From Leucoraja ocellata (Eukaryota), in NCBI GenBank assembly GCA_036785375.1, contig JAWMAR010000307.1, positions 248,001-312,000 on the forward strand: 64,000 nucleotides of DNA. Direction: 5' to 3'. Shown piece by piece: positions 37,526-49,900 of this stretch; position 1 is the stretch's first letter; every line of letters begins with the position of its first letter. The notes beneath the pieces were generated by a model. It was not told the DNA's origin, ran no database searches, and worked only from the letters and a program-made list of their open reading frames with translations. Position numbers and translations under genes: made by a program.

Positions 37526-37854
37526 TTTTACCACAACTATTCGTAAATCGGACATTTTTCATTAGCAATTCAGTAAATGGAGGAACATTGTGTTTAAATG
37601 ACATTGGGGCCCATAGCCAAACACGAATTCAAATTCTCTTTCTAATAAATCCACGGATTACAAATTATTCAAGAACTGCAGCTGTTCCGAAATCTCCCCG
37701 TTTTACATTCAACGCATTTTCCAAATGGGAAAACTCGTGATCTTTGACATAAAACAGAGAAATGTGTCATTGGGTTAGGCAGCATTTGTGGAAAGAGGAA
37801 AGCAAGCATTTGCCAGGTCGACTATCGTTGGGAGAATAAACCATGGCGAATTCG

Positions 37855-38105
37855 GTTTCGATTAGAGATATAGCATAGAAATAGATCCTTCTGCCAACCA
37901 AATCCACGGCGACACACAAGTTCCACGTTATCGCACCCCCGACCCACCCGGGTCAATCACCCGGGTCAATTAACCTGCAAACCTGCACTCTTTTGGGTTG
38001 TGGGAGGAAAGCAGAGAACCAGTAACAAACCGCAGGGAGAACGCACAGTTCTCAGTCTGCACCTGATTTCAGGAACGAAGTCGTGTCTCTGGCGCTACCA
38101 GCTGT
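37855..38105 (-). mobile_element. Degenerate tRNA-SINE
   Basis: Remnant TTGTGGGAGGAAAGCAGAGAACC and GGGAGAACGCAC core on the plus strand. Confidence 0.55.
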
Positions 38106-39382
38106 CATTCGACTCCCCTCTATGGGATTTGTCTTTCGCCACAGGCTGCGTGACCCTCTAGGTGTTTGCAACATTTACTCTTCCTATTTATGATTTCTAA
38201 TAATTTCTTGTTATTTTTATTTTTAAACATATATCTTCTTTGCGTTTATTGAAATAACCGAATCGGACACTTCATACAACAGCAATACCCGGTCGCTGCC
38301 AATCGACTGGAACGTACAAACACGTCCAATTACGCACCAAATATCGCCTCCCGCAATGGCCGACTGAATCATACCGCCGATGGGATCAATCGCTTAACAC
38401 AAATTTGCTGAAACTCTTCACAAAAATCCAAATATCTCTGTCCAAAGACCACCGAAATTCACTGTTCCATTGACCACCGAGCCAATCATTGTTGAAATAA
38501 CGAGGAATAACACAATACACGTGGATTACATAGATAACATTTCCATATAATGTGAATTTCATTCAGTTCCTCCGTCACGCTAGTTCCTCTGTCCCCTATT
38601 ACATACACCCGGTACATTGTCATTCTGTAGATCGCGTTTCATGGACTTTGCTTTCTTAGCTTTGCTGTATCATTGGTTCACATGGCCAACTCATTGTACT
38701 TCAAGATAGACACAAAAAGTTGTAGTAACTCAGCGGGAGAAGCAGAGTTACTCCAGCTTTGTGTCAATCGGCAACATAAATCAGCATCCGCAGTTCCTCC
38801 CTATTCATTGTACTTCAAGATATATAACTGACGCTGAACCTTGCAGTCTGTGTTTTGCTGCAAGAACATTTTACTTCTTCCATGCAAGTTTTGTTAGCGA
38901 TTGGATTAAAGTTGGCAAGGTGATTCCACCAATTAATACATACACTTTAAACACTTGAACATTTTACACCCAGGATTTATCCGTTTCTGTCGTTTGTTTC
39001 ATATGCGCTGAGAAGAAACAAACTGAGACAAAGTACCTGCTGTCGATCATAAAATACAGTTCGATGCATCGCAGATCAAGGACCACAACAATCTCAAACA
39101 ATTAGAAAGCCTAGTGAAAGCAAATTGATGCACATTTTCCCACTAATTATGAACTTAAACCGAAACCGTTTCATAGTCAAAGGACCGAAAGTCATAGCAC
39201 ACAAGGCAAGTTTAAATCGTGAATCTTGCAGCGGAATCACATAACATTCTAAAGCAACATCGATCCAACATTGCAATGAATGGGTCATTAATGTAGAAGA
39301 ACAATTTAATATAATTATTGGAAATATCGAGTAAAATTACAACTGGATACATCTAGATACTGAATAGGATGAAGTTTCTTAC

Positions 39383-39469
39383 CGTTGGTTACCGTCAACA
39401 TGGTGCCTCCTCCCCAGTAGCCAAGATAGTCACAGTGTTACATTCTATGGGCTTCCTCGCACAATAACA
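39383..39469 (-). CDS. IGHJ: JH segment (39383-39430) with 5' 23-RSS (39431-39469)
   Basis: TGTTATTGT-23nt-CACTGTG, then YLGYWGGGTMLTVTN (WGxG motif) and a GTAAG donor. Confidence 0.96.
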
Positions 39470-39796
39470 TGATCTGCACAAGGTAGGCAAAAAAGAACAA
39501 AATTCCTGTAATTATTCGTATTTCACATCGAAGGCGAATGACTTATTGCTCTTTGAAAATAATAAATGCGTTAAATAAATCATTTCCAACAATAATCAGA
39601 TACCACGGCTCCGTGTATTAAACAGGGCAGTGAAATGCGATAAGAATTATCTACATATAAAATACAAATTACTTCAAGTTACCTATACAACAAAATGTGC
39701 GAAAATATTCCTGGACATGTTTATGCTCCTGTTGTATGAAATATTGAATTGAAAATATCATATACTGGCCCAGACCAGCGTATTATGGGTTGTGGA

Positions 39797-39864
39797 TGTT
39801 TTTGTATTGGTAGGAACCGCTGTGCCATGTAGTATACACAGTGAAACATACCTTGTCAAATACC
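39797..39864 (-). other. IGHD: D2 segment (39825-39836) with 12-RSS on both sides
   Basis: GGTATTTGA-12nt-CACTGTG | TATACTACATGG | CACAGCG-12nt-ACAAAAACA. Confidence 0.93.
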
Positions 39865-40112
39865 TCGCTCTTCAAGAACTGGTGCATGTACTGCTCACAG
39901 ACGATATGTCCCAGGGGACTCTTCGCTGTCACTTATACAGCTAAAGGCTGTTCTTCTAAAGCTCATAAAATAACGTTAATTGGTCGGAAGACAGTTGGAC
40001 ATTTCTCAAAACAATCCATGTAACTTTAAACGGTGACATTTTATTTGATTTTTCTTCACTGGGCCTCTCCTACGGTGCTTGTAGGTTGGAGCAGGAGAAA
40101 ACTAGGTGTCAG

Positions 40113-40191
40113 GGTTTTTGTACGGGGAAGTCGCTGTTTGTAGCACCGTGACCCACTGTTGTACACAGTGAGACAGACCCGCACAAAAACC
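40113..40191 (-). other. IGHD: D1 segment (40151-40163) with 5' 12-RSS and 3' 22-RSS
   Basis: GGTTTTTGT-12nt-CACTGTG | TACAACAGTGGGT | CACGGTG-22nt-ACAAAAACC. Confidence 0.95.
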
Positions 40192-40559
40192 TCCCATACA
40201 GTTCACACTCAGGTTTCATTTGCAACGGCCTTCGACACGATTTTAAATGGTCCAGCAATTCACAGAGAACACAGTAAATATACACAACACCAACAATATA
40301 AATATACACAACACCAACAATCTCCCTTCATCTCACTTGCATAATGGAATGAGCATATTTTCCTGGTCTATGGTTTTACACAACGCCTATGGGTATGCGT
40401 GAAGCGAATATAAAAAAACTCACACGAATACACTACATTTTTGAATATCGTGTTGGATTTGTGAATGGTACTTTGCCTCCATTTCCCGACTGTTATTATA
40501 GCTGTAGGAATAATTGCTCACCTCTAGTCTGATGGTAAAAGCTGGACTTCCTAACGTGC

Positions 40560-40598
40560 CGTTCTTGTACGGGTCTGACACTGAATGCTCACACTGTG
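40560..40598 (-). promoter_or_regulatory. VH 23-RSS
   Basis: Heptamer CACAGTG, 23-nt spacer, nonamer ACAAGAACG. Confidence 0.95.
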
Positions 40599-40902
40599 TG
40601 TCCTGCACAGTAATAGATAGCCGTGTCTTCGATCTTCAGGCTGCTGGCCGTCACGGTGAAGATATTATTCGTATTGTCTTTGGACGGAGTAAATCGGCTC
40701 TTTATCCCCGGAGCGTAGAACTCGCTACCAGAACTGTAGTAGGAAAGCAGCCACTCCAGCCCCTGCCCGGGGACCTGACGGACCAAAGCCATATAGTAGC
40801 CGCTAATACTGAACCCGCTGGCTTTACAGGTCAGTGTGATGGAGCCTCCAGGAGTGGCCGTCTCTGTCTCGGGCTGGGTTAGAACGATATCGGAATGGAC
40901 AC
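40599..40902 (-). CDS. IGHV: Germline VH gene segment (IgM class)
   Basis: Acceptor TTGCAG, then (R)[100 protein letters not shown]. Both canonical Cys, GLEW and YYC are present and the frame is open. Confidence 0.97.
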
Positions 40903-41076
40903 CTGCAAGTTAAAAACAAGGCATGAATGGCGAGGATAAAATATTGACCATTGATCCCCGACTCTAATTATCAAGAGGAAATAAATTGGGACGGTTCTAG
41001 AGTGGGTAGAAGGGGAATGGTGTAGTGGATACACCACTGGGAAACTTGCGTGGGGAATTTGTCCAACATCACTCAC

Positions 41077-41122
41077 GGACTATTAACGCCAGGAACAAAC
41101 TCAGTGAAACCGCCGACCTCAT
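41077..41122 (-). CDS. IGHV: IgM heavy-chain leader (signal peptide) exon
   Basis: ATG at 41122 reads MRSAVSLSLFLALIV plus 1 nt (46 nt), followed by a GTGAGT donor. Phase 1 joins in frame to the V exon. Confidence 0.93.
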
Positions 41123-41340
41123 CCCGCTGGGAAGTGTGACCCTGTTGTTTCTGTACAGAACCTCGCAACAAACCAACTGCAAGGAAGTTGGATTTCGGCC
41201 CCTCTTAGAGAGAATTAAATACCCGGCAAAAGAGGGCGCGGCTGTGGGCGGGACTTGTAAACCGAGTGGTGCAGCGGGCGGAGCTGAAACACGGCTCCCA
41301 ACTCAACAGCAACATGGACTCACGCTATCACATCTATTAG
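41123..41340 (-). promoter_or_regulatory. VH proximal promoter (TATA-like, GC boxes, ETS-like sites, no octamer)
   Basis: TATTTAA at 41215-41221, about 93 nt upstream of the ATG. GGGCGG boxes near 41246 and 41276, GGAAGT motifs near 41130 and 41183. No ATGCAAAT in the region. Confidence 0.6.
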
Positions 41341-41344
41341 ACAC

Positions 41345-42602
41345 ATAGAAACATAGAAAATAGGTGCAGGAGTAGGCCATTCGGCCCTTCGAGCCTGCAC
41401 CGCCATTCAATATGATCATAGCTGATCATCCAACTCAGTATCCTGTACCTGCCTTCTCTCCATACCCCCTGATACCTTTAGCCACAAGGGCCACATCTAA
41501 CTCCCTCTTAAATATAGCCAATGAACTGGTCTCAACTACCTTTTGTGGCAGAGAATTCCAGAGATTCACTACTCTATGTGTGAAAAATGTTTTTTTCATC
41601 TCGGTCCTAAAAGATTTCCCCCTTATCCTTAAACTGTGACCCCTTGTTCTGGACTTCCCAAACATCGGGAACAATCTTCCTGCATCTAGCCTGTCCAACC
41701 CCTTAAGAATTTTGTAAGTTTCTATAAGATCCCTCCTCAATCTTCTAAATTCTAGCGAGTACAAGCCAAGTCTATCCAGTCTTTCTTCATATGAAAGTCC
41801 TGACATCCCAGGAATCAGTCAGGAATCAGGTGAACCTTCTCTGTACTCTCTCTACGGCAAGAATGTCTTTCCTCAGATTAGGAGACCAAAACTGTACGCA
41901 ATACTCCAAGTGTGGTCTCACCAGACCCTGCACTACAACTGCAGTAGAACTTCACTGTTCCTATACTCAAATCACACCCTCAAAGTTACCTTTCTTTAAG
42001 TTCAGAACCCTTGTTTCTGAATTAATGACATCACTCTCCATCCTAATGAAGAACTTAACCATATTATGGTCACTCTTGCCCAAGGGGCCACATACAACAA
42101 GACTGCTAACTAACCCTTCCCCATTACTCAATACCCAGTCTAGAATAGCCTGCTCTCTCGTTGGTTCCTCTACATGTTGGTTTAGAAAACTATCCCACAT
42201 ACATTCCAAGAAATCCTCTTCCTCAGCACTCCTGTCAATTTGATTCATCCAATCTATATGTAGATTGAAGTCACCCATTATAACTGTTTTACCTTTGTTG
42301 CACGCATTTCTAATTTCCTGTTTGATGCCATTCCCAACTCCACTACTACTGTTAGATAGCCTGTACACAACTCCCACTAGCGTTTTCTGCCCCTTAGTGT
42401 TTCGCAGCTCTACCCATACCAAATCTACATCCTCCAAGCTAATGTCCTTCCTTTCTATTGCGTTAATCGCCTCTCTAACCAGCAACGCTACCCCACCTAC
42501 TTTTCCTTTCTGTCTGTTTCTCCTGAATATTGAATATCCCTGGATGTGCAGCTCCCAGCCTTGGTCACCCTGGAGCCATGTCTCCGTGATCCCAACTATA
42601 TC
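41345..42602 (-). mobile_element. CR1: 3' end joined to an APE endonuclease segment (internally deleted)
   Basis: DIVGITETWL, GGVALLV, IMGDFN and SDHN motifs (41971-42602). C-terminal ORF 41435..41806 and a (TTTCTATG)n tail. Confidence 0.9.
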
Positions 42603-42649
42603 GCTTTTCCGCCCCTTACACAATATAAGCAAAATATAAGCAATATATA

Positions 42650-43282
42650 GCAAAAGGATTTGAGTATAGGAGCAGGGAGGTTCTACTGCATTTGTACAGG
42701 GTCTTGGTGAGACCACACCTGGAGTATTGCGTACAGTGTTGGTCTCCTAATCTGAGGAAATACATTCTTGCCTTAGAGGGAGTACAGAGAAGGTTCACCA
42801 GACTAATTCCTGGGATGTCAGGACTCATGAAGAAAGACTGGACAGACTCGGCTTGTACTCGCTAGAATTTAGAAGATTGAGGGGGGATCTTATAGAAACT
42901 TACAAGATTCTTAAGGGGTTGGACAGGCTAGATGAAGGAAGATTGTTCCCGATGTTGGGGAAGTCCAGAACAAGGGGTCACAGTTTAAGGATAAGGGGGA
43001 AATCTTTTAGGACCGAGATGAGGAAAACATTTTTCACACAGAGAGTGGTGAATCTCTGGAATTCTCTGCCACAGAAGGTAGTTGAGGCCAGTTCATTGGC
43101 TATATTTAAGAGGGAGTTAGATGTGGCCCTTGTGGCGAAAGGGATCAGGGGTTATGGAGAGAAGGCATGTACAGAATACTGAGTTGGATGATCAGTCATG
43201 ATCATATTGAATGGCGGTGCAGGCTCAAAGGGACGAATGGCCTACTCCTGCAGCTATTTTCTATGTTTCTATGTTTCTATGT
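42650..43282 (+). mobile_element. CR1 3' end, inverted relative to 41345-41970
   Basis: ORF 42853..43182 is nearly identical to 41435..41806. (TTTCTATG)n tail. Confidence 0.9.
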
Positions 43283-45186
43283 CTATTGTATATTGTCAAT
43301 CGACAAACACTGCAGAAAGATGCTGACCCATCATTCGTGGTCGCTTCGCTCTTCCATAATATCACGGCGGATGCCGTCTAAGAATCCTCATCCCCTTTCC
43401 GTTCATTCCACGTACTCCTTGCCTTATTTGATTTTTTTAAACTCCACCTATTTTCTATGTTTCTATAAAGTTTATATTGTGTAAGGGGCGGAAAAGCACG
43501 TTTTAAACTCATGGTATAGTTGTAAATAAGACGGTTTCAAGATTGGTTTCATAGTGCAGTTGTTCCATAAAATATGTTTGGAATTCCTCAAATGTATATT
43601 AAAATGTTTCTGGGTGTGTGCTTGCGTGTGTGAGAGGGAGAGAGAGGAGGTGAGGAAAAATATTTGAGCAAGAAAGACAGACAGGCAGACAGACAGACAG
43701 ACCTGCCTTCATTGTTAGGTAGACACATAATGCTGGAGAAACTCAGCGGGACAGGCAGCATCTCTGGAGAGAAGGAATGTTTGACGTTTTGGGTCGAGAC
43801 CCTTCTTCAGACCTCCAGAGATGCTGCCTGTCCCACTGAGTTACTCCAGCATTATGTGTCTAGCTTCGATTTAAAGCAGCATCTGCAGTTCTTTCCTACA
43901 CATTCGTAGTTATCAATATGAGCCGTTCGAACAATATTGGGACCGTCCATTCCAATATCAAGATACATTTATTTGTCACATGTCCCAGTTGATACAGTGA
44001 AATGTGTGGTCACCATACAGCTGTACAGATAAAATGTCAATATCGAGATTGGTTACATCAAAGGCAGTAGAGGAAATTGATACAAAGCAAACACAAGATT
44101 CTATTAAAATGTCATTAAGAGATTGGAAGGAAATTAATAGATGGCATATTGCAGGAGGGGAATTGTAGATCTGTGGAGTGATTGGAGAAATGATCGGCAT
44201 TAGGGATGATTCATGTAGTGTTGATTTTCAGATGCTGCTTCCAAAGAGCAAAGTTGAATGAAGGCACGTTCTAACCAATCAACCAATGAGCATATTTGTT
44301 GGATAATATTTCAATGATTCAAACTGCACTGGTAGGGCGGATGGTGTCGAAAAATCTAATAGAGATATCTGAAGAAGAATCCACTAGAGTTATCTGAGGA
44401 GATAAATAGAAACAGTAGTTCACCGATTTGTGAGGCAAACACGAGGAGTGTCGAAAATTTAAGGTGCATACGGGCAATTAAAGTTTCCTGCGCTCCAACA
44501 TAGTATTCTTCTATGACTTGAATTTTAATTTATCATTGTATTTTCTATGCATCTGTGAATTTGTCACGTGTGACATTCCTATGTATGCAGAGAATGTTAT
44601 TGATCCCAGCCATTGTTGATAAATAAAGGGATATGATACATGTTCTCAGTAAACCTAGCTTTGTAAAAATATTATTGACTAACATCATCCATATGCACTT
44701 CAACTTTATTTTTACAGGAGAGAACATTGACAATTTAAAATAAATGTCTCTGGTGTAATCTGTTCAGAGATTTGCATTTCTTTCTCACTTTATCTGTTTT
44801 CCGCCTCTGGGGAAACATTGCTTCTGTTTCTGTCCTTCAGTAAACGAACCTGGGTCTGGGGCTGTTGAAATCACTGTTTATTTAAATCAGCTCATCTCTG
44901 TTTCCAGCCATTTTTAGATCAACACAAACAAGGCAATGAAGATATCATTCTCGACGGCGATTATATGTTTTAACAATATTGGCAGTTGGCGCGAAACAAC
45001 TGGATTCTTCGAGGGTGTCTATTTTATCATATCTTGTTCAAATAAAATGGTGCATTTATATTACAGATTCACCAGAATATTTTGCTGTCCACTTGAATCT
45101 CCACTTGAAGAAATGTCTAAGCAAGCGAGGTCAATGGAGGAATCGAGTGCTTGCCACACCTCCACTGTAGGTTTTTCATTATTAAC

Positions 45187-45594
45187 NNNNNNNNNNNNNN
45201 NNNNNNNNNNNNNNNNNNNNNNNNNNNNNNNNNNNNNNNNNNNNNNNNNNNNNNNNNNNNNNNNNNNNNNNNNNNNNNNNNNNNNNNNNNNNNNNNNNNN
45301 NNNNNNNNNNNNNNNNNNNNNNNNNNNNNNNNNNNNNNNNNNNNNNNNNNNNNNNNNNNNNNNNNNNNNNNNNNNNNNNNNNNNNNNNNNNNNNNNNNNN
45401 NNNNNNNNNNNNNNNNNNNNNNNNTCAGACACACNNNNNNNNNNNNNNNNNNNNNNNNNNNNNNNNNNNNNNNNNNNNNNNNNNNNNNNNNNNNNNNNNN
45501 NNNNNNNNNNNNNNNNNNNNNNNNNNNNNNNNNNNNNNNNNNNNNNNNNNNNNNNNNNNNNNNNNNNNNNNNNNNNNNNNNNNNNNNNNNNNNN
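45187..45594. other. Assembly gap
   Basis: N runs with a 10-nt island. Confidence 1.
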
Positions 45595-45874
45595 ACATCA
45601 AGCAAGATCCACTGCCATGTACGTCCAGGCCCAAGTAAGAATTTAATTGTACCGCTCTCGGCACTTATGAAAATTATACATTCTTGATACTTGACGCGTC
45701 ATGTGTTAGAAACATAGAGGAAACATAGAAACATAGAAAAAGATGTGCAGGTGTATGTCATTCGGCCCTTCGAACAGGGACCATTCAACATAATCATGGC
45801 TGATCATTTAAATTCAGTACCCCGTTCCTTCTTTTCCCCCATATCCCTTGATTCCATAGGTTTTATGAGCTAAA

Positions 45875-46098
45875 TGTCCCACTTAGAAAACCTGAACGGA
45901 AACCTCTGGAGACTTTGTGCCCCACCCAAGGTTTCCGTGCGGTTCCCGGAGGTTTTTGTCGGTTTTTGTCCCTACCTGCTTCCACTACCGCAACCTCCCG
46001 CAACCACCTACAACCTCCGGGAACCGAACGGAAACCTTGGGTGGGCGCAAAGTCTCCAGAGGTTTCTGTTCAGGTTTCCTAAGTGGGACAGTGGCATT
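45875..46098. mobile_element. Palindromic MITE (Harbinger-like)
   Basis: TGTCCCACTTAG...CTAAGTGGGACA. Almost the whole ~220 bp is an inverted repeat. Confidence 0.8.
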
Positions 46099-47431
46099 AC
46101 TCCCTCTTAAAAAGATCCAGAGAACTGGCCTCCGCTGCCTTCTGTGGCAGAGAATTCCACAGATTCACAACTCTCTGGGTGAATTTTTTTAACCTCATCT
46201 CAGTCCTACATGGCCTATCCCTTATTCTTAAACTGTGACCCCTGGTTCTGGACTACCCCAACGTCAGGAACATTGTTCCTGCATCTAACCTCTCAGTCCC
46301 GCCATCCCGGGAATTATCCTGGTGAACCTATGCTGCACTCCCTCAATAGCAAGAATGTCCTTCCTGAAATTTGGAGACCAAAATTGCACACAATACTCCA
46401 GGTGTGGTCTCACCTGGGCCCTGTACAACTGCCAGAAGGACCTCCTTGCTCCGAAACTCAAATCTCAACATGCCATTAGATTGAATGGCATGCAATGAAG
46501 GCCAACATGCCATTCACTTTCTTCACTGCCTGCTGTACCTGCATGCTTACTTTCAGTGACTGATGTACAAACACACCCAGGTCTCGTTGCACCTCCCCTT
46601 TTCCAATTCTGACACCATTCAAATAATAAACTGCCTTCCTGTTCTTGCCAATAAAGTGGATAACCTCACATGTATCCACATTATACTGCATCTGCCATGC
46701 ATCTGTCTTATTTTAAGTCACCGTGCAGCCTCATAACATCCTCATCGCAGCTCCCACTGCCATCCAGCTTTGTGTCATCCGTAGACTTAACTTGGAAATT
46801 ACACATTTAATTCCCTCGTCTAAATCGTTAATAAATATTGTAAATAACTGGGTTCCCAGCACCATTTGTCACTGCCTGGCATTCTGAAAAGGACCCGTTA
46901 TTTCCTACTCTTTGCTTCCTGTCTGCCAACCAGTTCTCTATCCAGGTCAATACCCTTCCCCCATTAGCATGTGATCTAATTTTGCACACTATTCTCTTAC
47001 GTGGGACCTTGTCAAAGGTTTTTTGGAAGCCCAGATACTCCACACCCACTGGCTCTCTCTTATCCATTCTACATCCTCAAAAAATTCCAGATTAGTCAAG
47101 CATGATCTCCCTTCATAAATCCATGCAGACTTTGACCAATCCTGTCACTGCTTTCCAAATGCGCTGCTATAACATCTTTAATAATCGACTCCAGCATCTT
47201 CCCCACTACTGATGTCAGGCTCACGTCTATAATTCCCCGTTTTCTCTCTCCCTCCTTTCTTAAAAAGTGGAGTTACAACGGCTACCCTCCAGTACACAGG
47301 AATGGGTCCAGTCGGGAGAATATTGGAAAATGATCACCAATGCATTCACAATTTCTAGGGCCACCTGCTTGAGTACTCTGGGATACAGACCATCAGGCCC
47401 TGCGGATTTATCTGCCTTCAGTCCCAACAGT

Positions 47432-49900
47432 TCAAGTTCAAGTTCAAGTTCAAGTGAATTTATTGTCATGTGTCCCTGTATAGGACAATGAAATTATTGC
47501 TTTACTTCAGCACACAGAACATAGTAGGCATTTACTACAAAACAGATCAGTGTGTACATATACCATAATATAAATATATACACACATGAATAAATAAACT
47601 GATAAAGTGCAAATAACAGAAAATGGGTTATTAATAATCAGAGATTTGTCCGAGCCAGGTTTAATAGCCTGATGGCTGAGGGGAAGTAGCTATTCCTGAA
47701 CTTGGTTGTTGTACTCTTCAGGCTCCTGTACCTTCTACCTGAAGGTAGCAGGGAGATGAGTGTGTGGCCAGGATGGTGTTGGTCTTTGATGATACTGCCA
47801 GCCTTTTTGAGGCAGCGGCTGTGATAAATCCCATCGATGGAAGGAAGGTCAGAGCCGATGATGGACTGGGCAGTGTTTACTACTTTATGTAGTCTTTTCC
47901 TCTCCAGGGCGCTCAAATTGCCGAACCAAGCCACGATGCAACCGGTCAGCATGCTCTCTACTGTGCACCTGTAAACGTTAGAGAGAGTCTTGCTTGACAA
48001 ACCGACTCTCCGTAATCTTGTCAGGAAGTAGAGGCGCTGATGAGCTTTCTTGATAATTGAGTTAGTGTTCTCGGACCAGGAAAGATCTTCAGAGATGTGC
48101 ACGCCCAGGAATTTGAAGCTCTTGAGCCTTTCAACCATCGACCCGTTGATATAAATGGGGCTGTGGGTCCCCCTCCTACTACTTCCAAAGTCCACGATCA
48201 GTTCTTGGTTCTTGGTTACTTGGTCCTCCAAAATATTCCAAATGGAATTTAAACTGGAGGTGGTGAAGGGAGGGATTAAGCCAGAAAGGGTTATTGGGAA
48301 GAAAGAGCTACTTTAAATTTAGTTGCATCTGGTTGGGTAACTATAGTTGGGTGGAGATTATTCCATGCTTTAATTATGCGGGGGAAGAACAAATTGTTGT
48401 ACACATCTGTCTTTATAGCTGGGATCACAAATTGCATCGAATGCTCTCGTCTGCTCCTAATTGGATTGGGTTTGGTGTAGGTCTTGTAGTCTATGTCGAG
48501 TTGACCATTTAACATTTTGTAAAAACAGGTCAAATGGTGAGCTTCACGTCTGTCTTGGAGAGGTTTCCACCACAGAGAATTCAGAAGTTTGGTGACACTC
48601 GCTTCTCTCTCATAGGTGTTAGTAACAAATCGAGCTGCCCGTCTTTGGACATGTTCGATGGAAGAAATGTGTTTATTTGTGTATGGGTCCCATGCTGCAA
48701 CTGCGTAGTCCAAATGAGGTCTAACGATGGAGAAGTATAGCTTCTCCATGACAGAAGTTGAACAATGATGAAAGTTGCGCCTCAGAAAGTTTAGGACACC
48801 TGTTGCTTTCACCGTTGCATGATGAGTCTGACTATTCCAACGCAGATCATTCTGCAATTTGATGCCAAGATACTTGGTTTGTTTGGATTCTTCAAGGGTG
48901 GTACCAAGTATATTGTAAGATATTTCGCCTGGATTCCTCTTTCTGGTGACACGCATAGTTTCACAATTGGAAGGGTTGAACTGCATGCCCCATTGTTGTG
49001 ACCACTCAACCATTGTATCGAGATCCTTTTGGAGAGCATCTTCATCATCAGCTGACTTAATTGGACGGTACAGCAAACAATCATCAGCGAAACGTCTGGT
49101 CGTACTTGCGACTTTTTCATGGATGTCATTTATGTAAAGCAAAAATAGATGTGGGTCAAGTACTGTGCCCTGAGGTGTACCACTCAACACTGGATGCCAA
49201 TTGGAGCTCTTTCCGTTCACACACACACACACACGCTGAAGATGTTTTGTCAGGAAACTGGAAATCCATCGTTTAGTGTTGGAACGAATACCATAGAAGT
49301 CAAGCTTCCGAAGCAGTCTCTGGTGTGGGATGACATTAAATGCCTTAGAAAAGTCCAGCACAACTAAATCCGTGATGACGTTACTATCAAGGTACTTGGC
49401 CAGGTAATTTGTCGTCAGGATAAGCTGAGACTCGCATGATCTATGCCTCCTTGGTTTTGCTGGTGTTGAGGGCCAGGTTATTGCGCTGGCACCATATGGA
49501 CAGTTGCTCGATCTCTCTTCTATACTCTGACTCATCCCCATCAGTAATACGTCCCACAACAGTGGTGTCATCAGCGAACTTGATGATGGAGTTCGCACTT
49601 TGACTGGCTACACAGTCATGAGTATAGAGTGAGTACAGCGGGGGGCTGAGCACGCAGCCTTGAGGTGCTCCCGTGCTGATTGTAATCGAGGCTAACACAT
49701 TTCCACCAATACGAACAGACTGTGGTCTGTGAATGAGGAAGTCGAGGATCCAATTGCAGAGGGATGCGCAGAGACCCAGTTCTGCGAGTTTGGTAACAAG
49801 CTTGGAGGGGATGATTGTGTTAAATGCCGAGCTGTAATCGATGAATAACAGTCTGACATATGAGTTTTTGTTGTCCAAGTGGTCCAGAGCGGAGTGGAGG
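47432..49900 (-). mobile_element. Rex1/Babar-like LINE nested in CR1 and split by another LINE
   Basis: ORFs 49441..49878 and 47638..48231 are the two halves (NTSKTKE|LIVDF). (CTTGAA)n tail. Confidence 0.9.
48202..49447 (-). mobile_element. CR1/L2-group LINE of a distinct clade (Daphne/Crack-like), 5'-truncated with an open RT C-terminal frame
   Basis: RSCESQL, LDFSKAF, SGTPQGTVL, FADDCLLYRPI and VRPHLDYAVAAWDP motifs. (CCAAGAA)n tail. Confidence 0.8.

Noticed and set aside
39383-40902. Germline-joined VDJ, IgW or IgNAR identity
   Set aside because: V, D1, D2 and J are separate with intact RSSs. Four C domains, a mu-type tailpiece, a KVK tail and a conventional VH indicate IgM.
48291-49598. 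435-aa ORF as one protein
   Set aside because: Chimeric: the first ~50 residues are an off-frame reading of the Rex1 host and the rest is the nested LINE.
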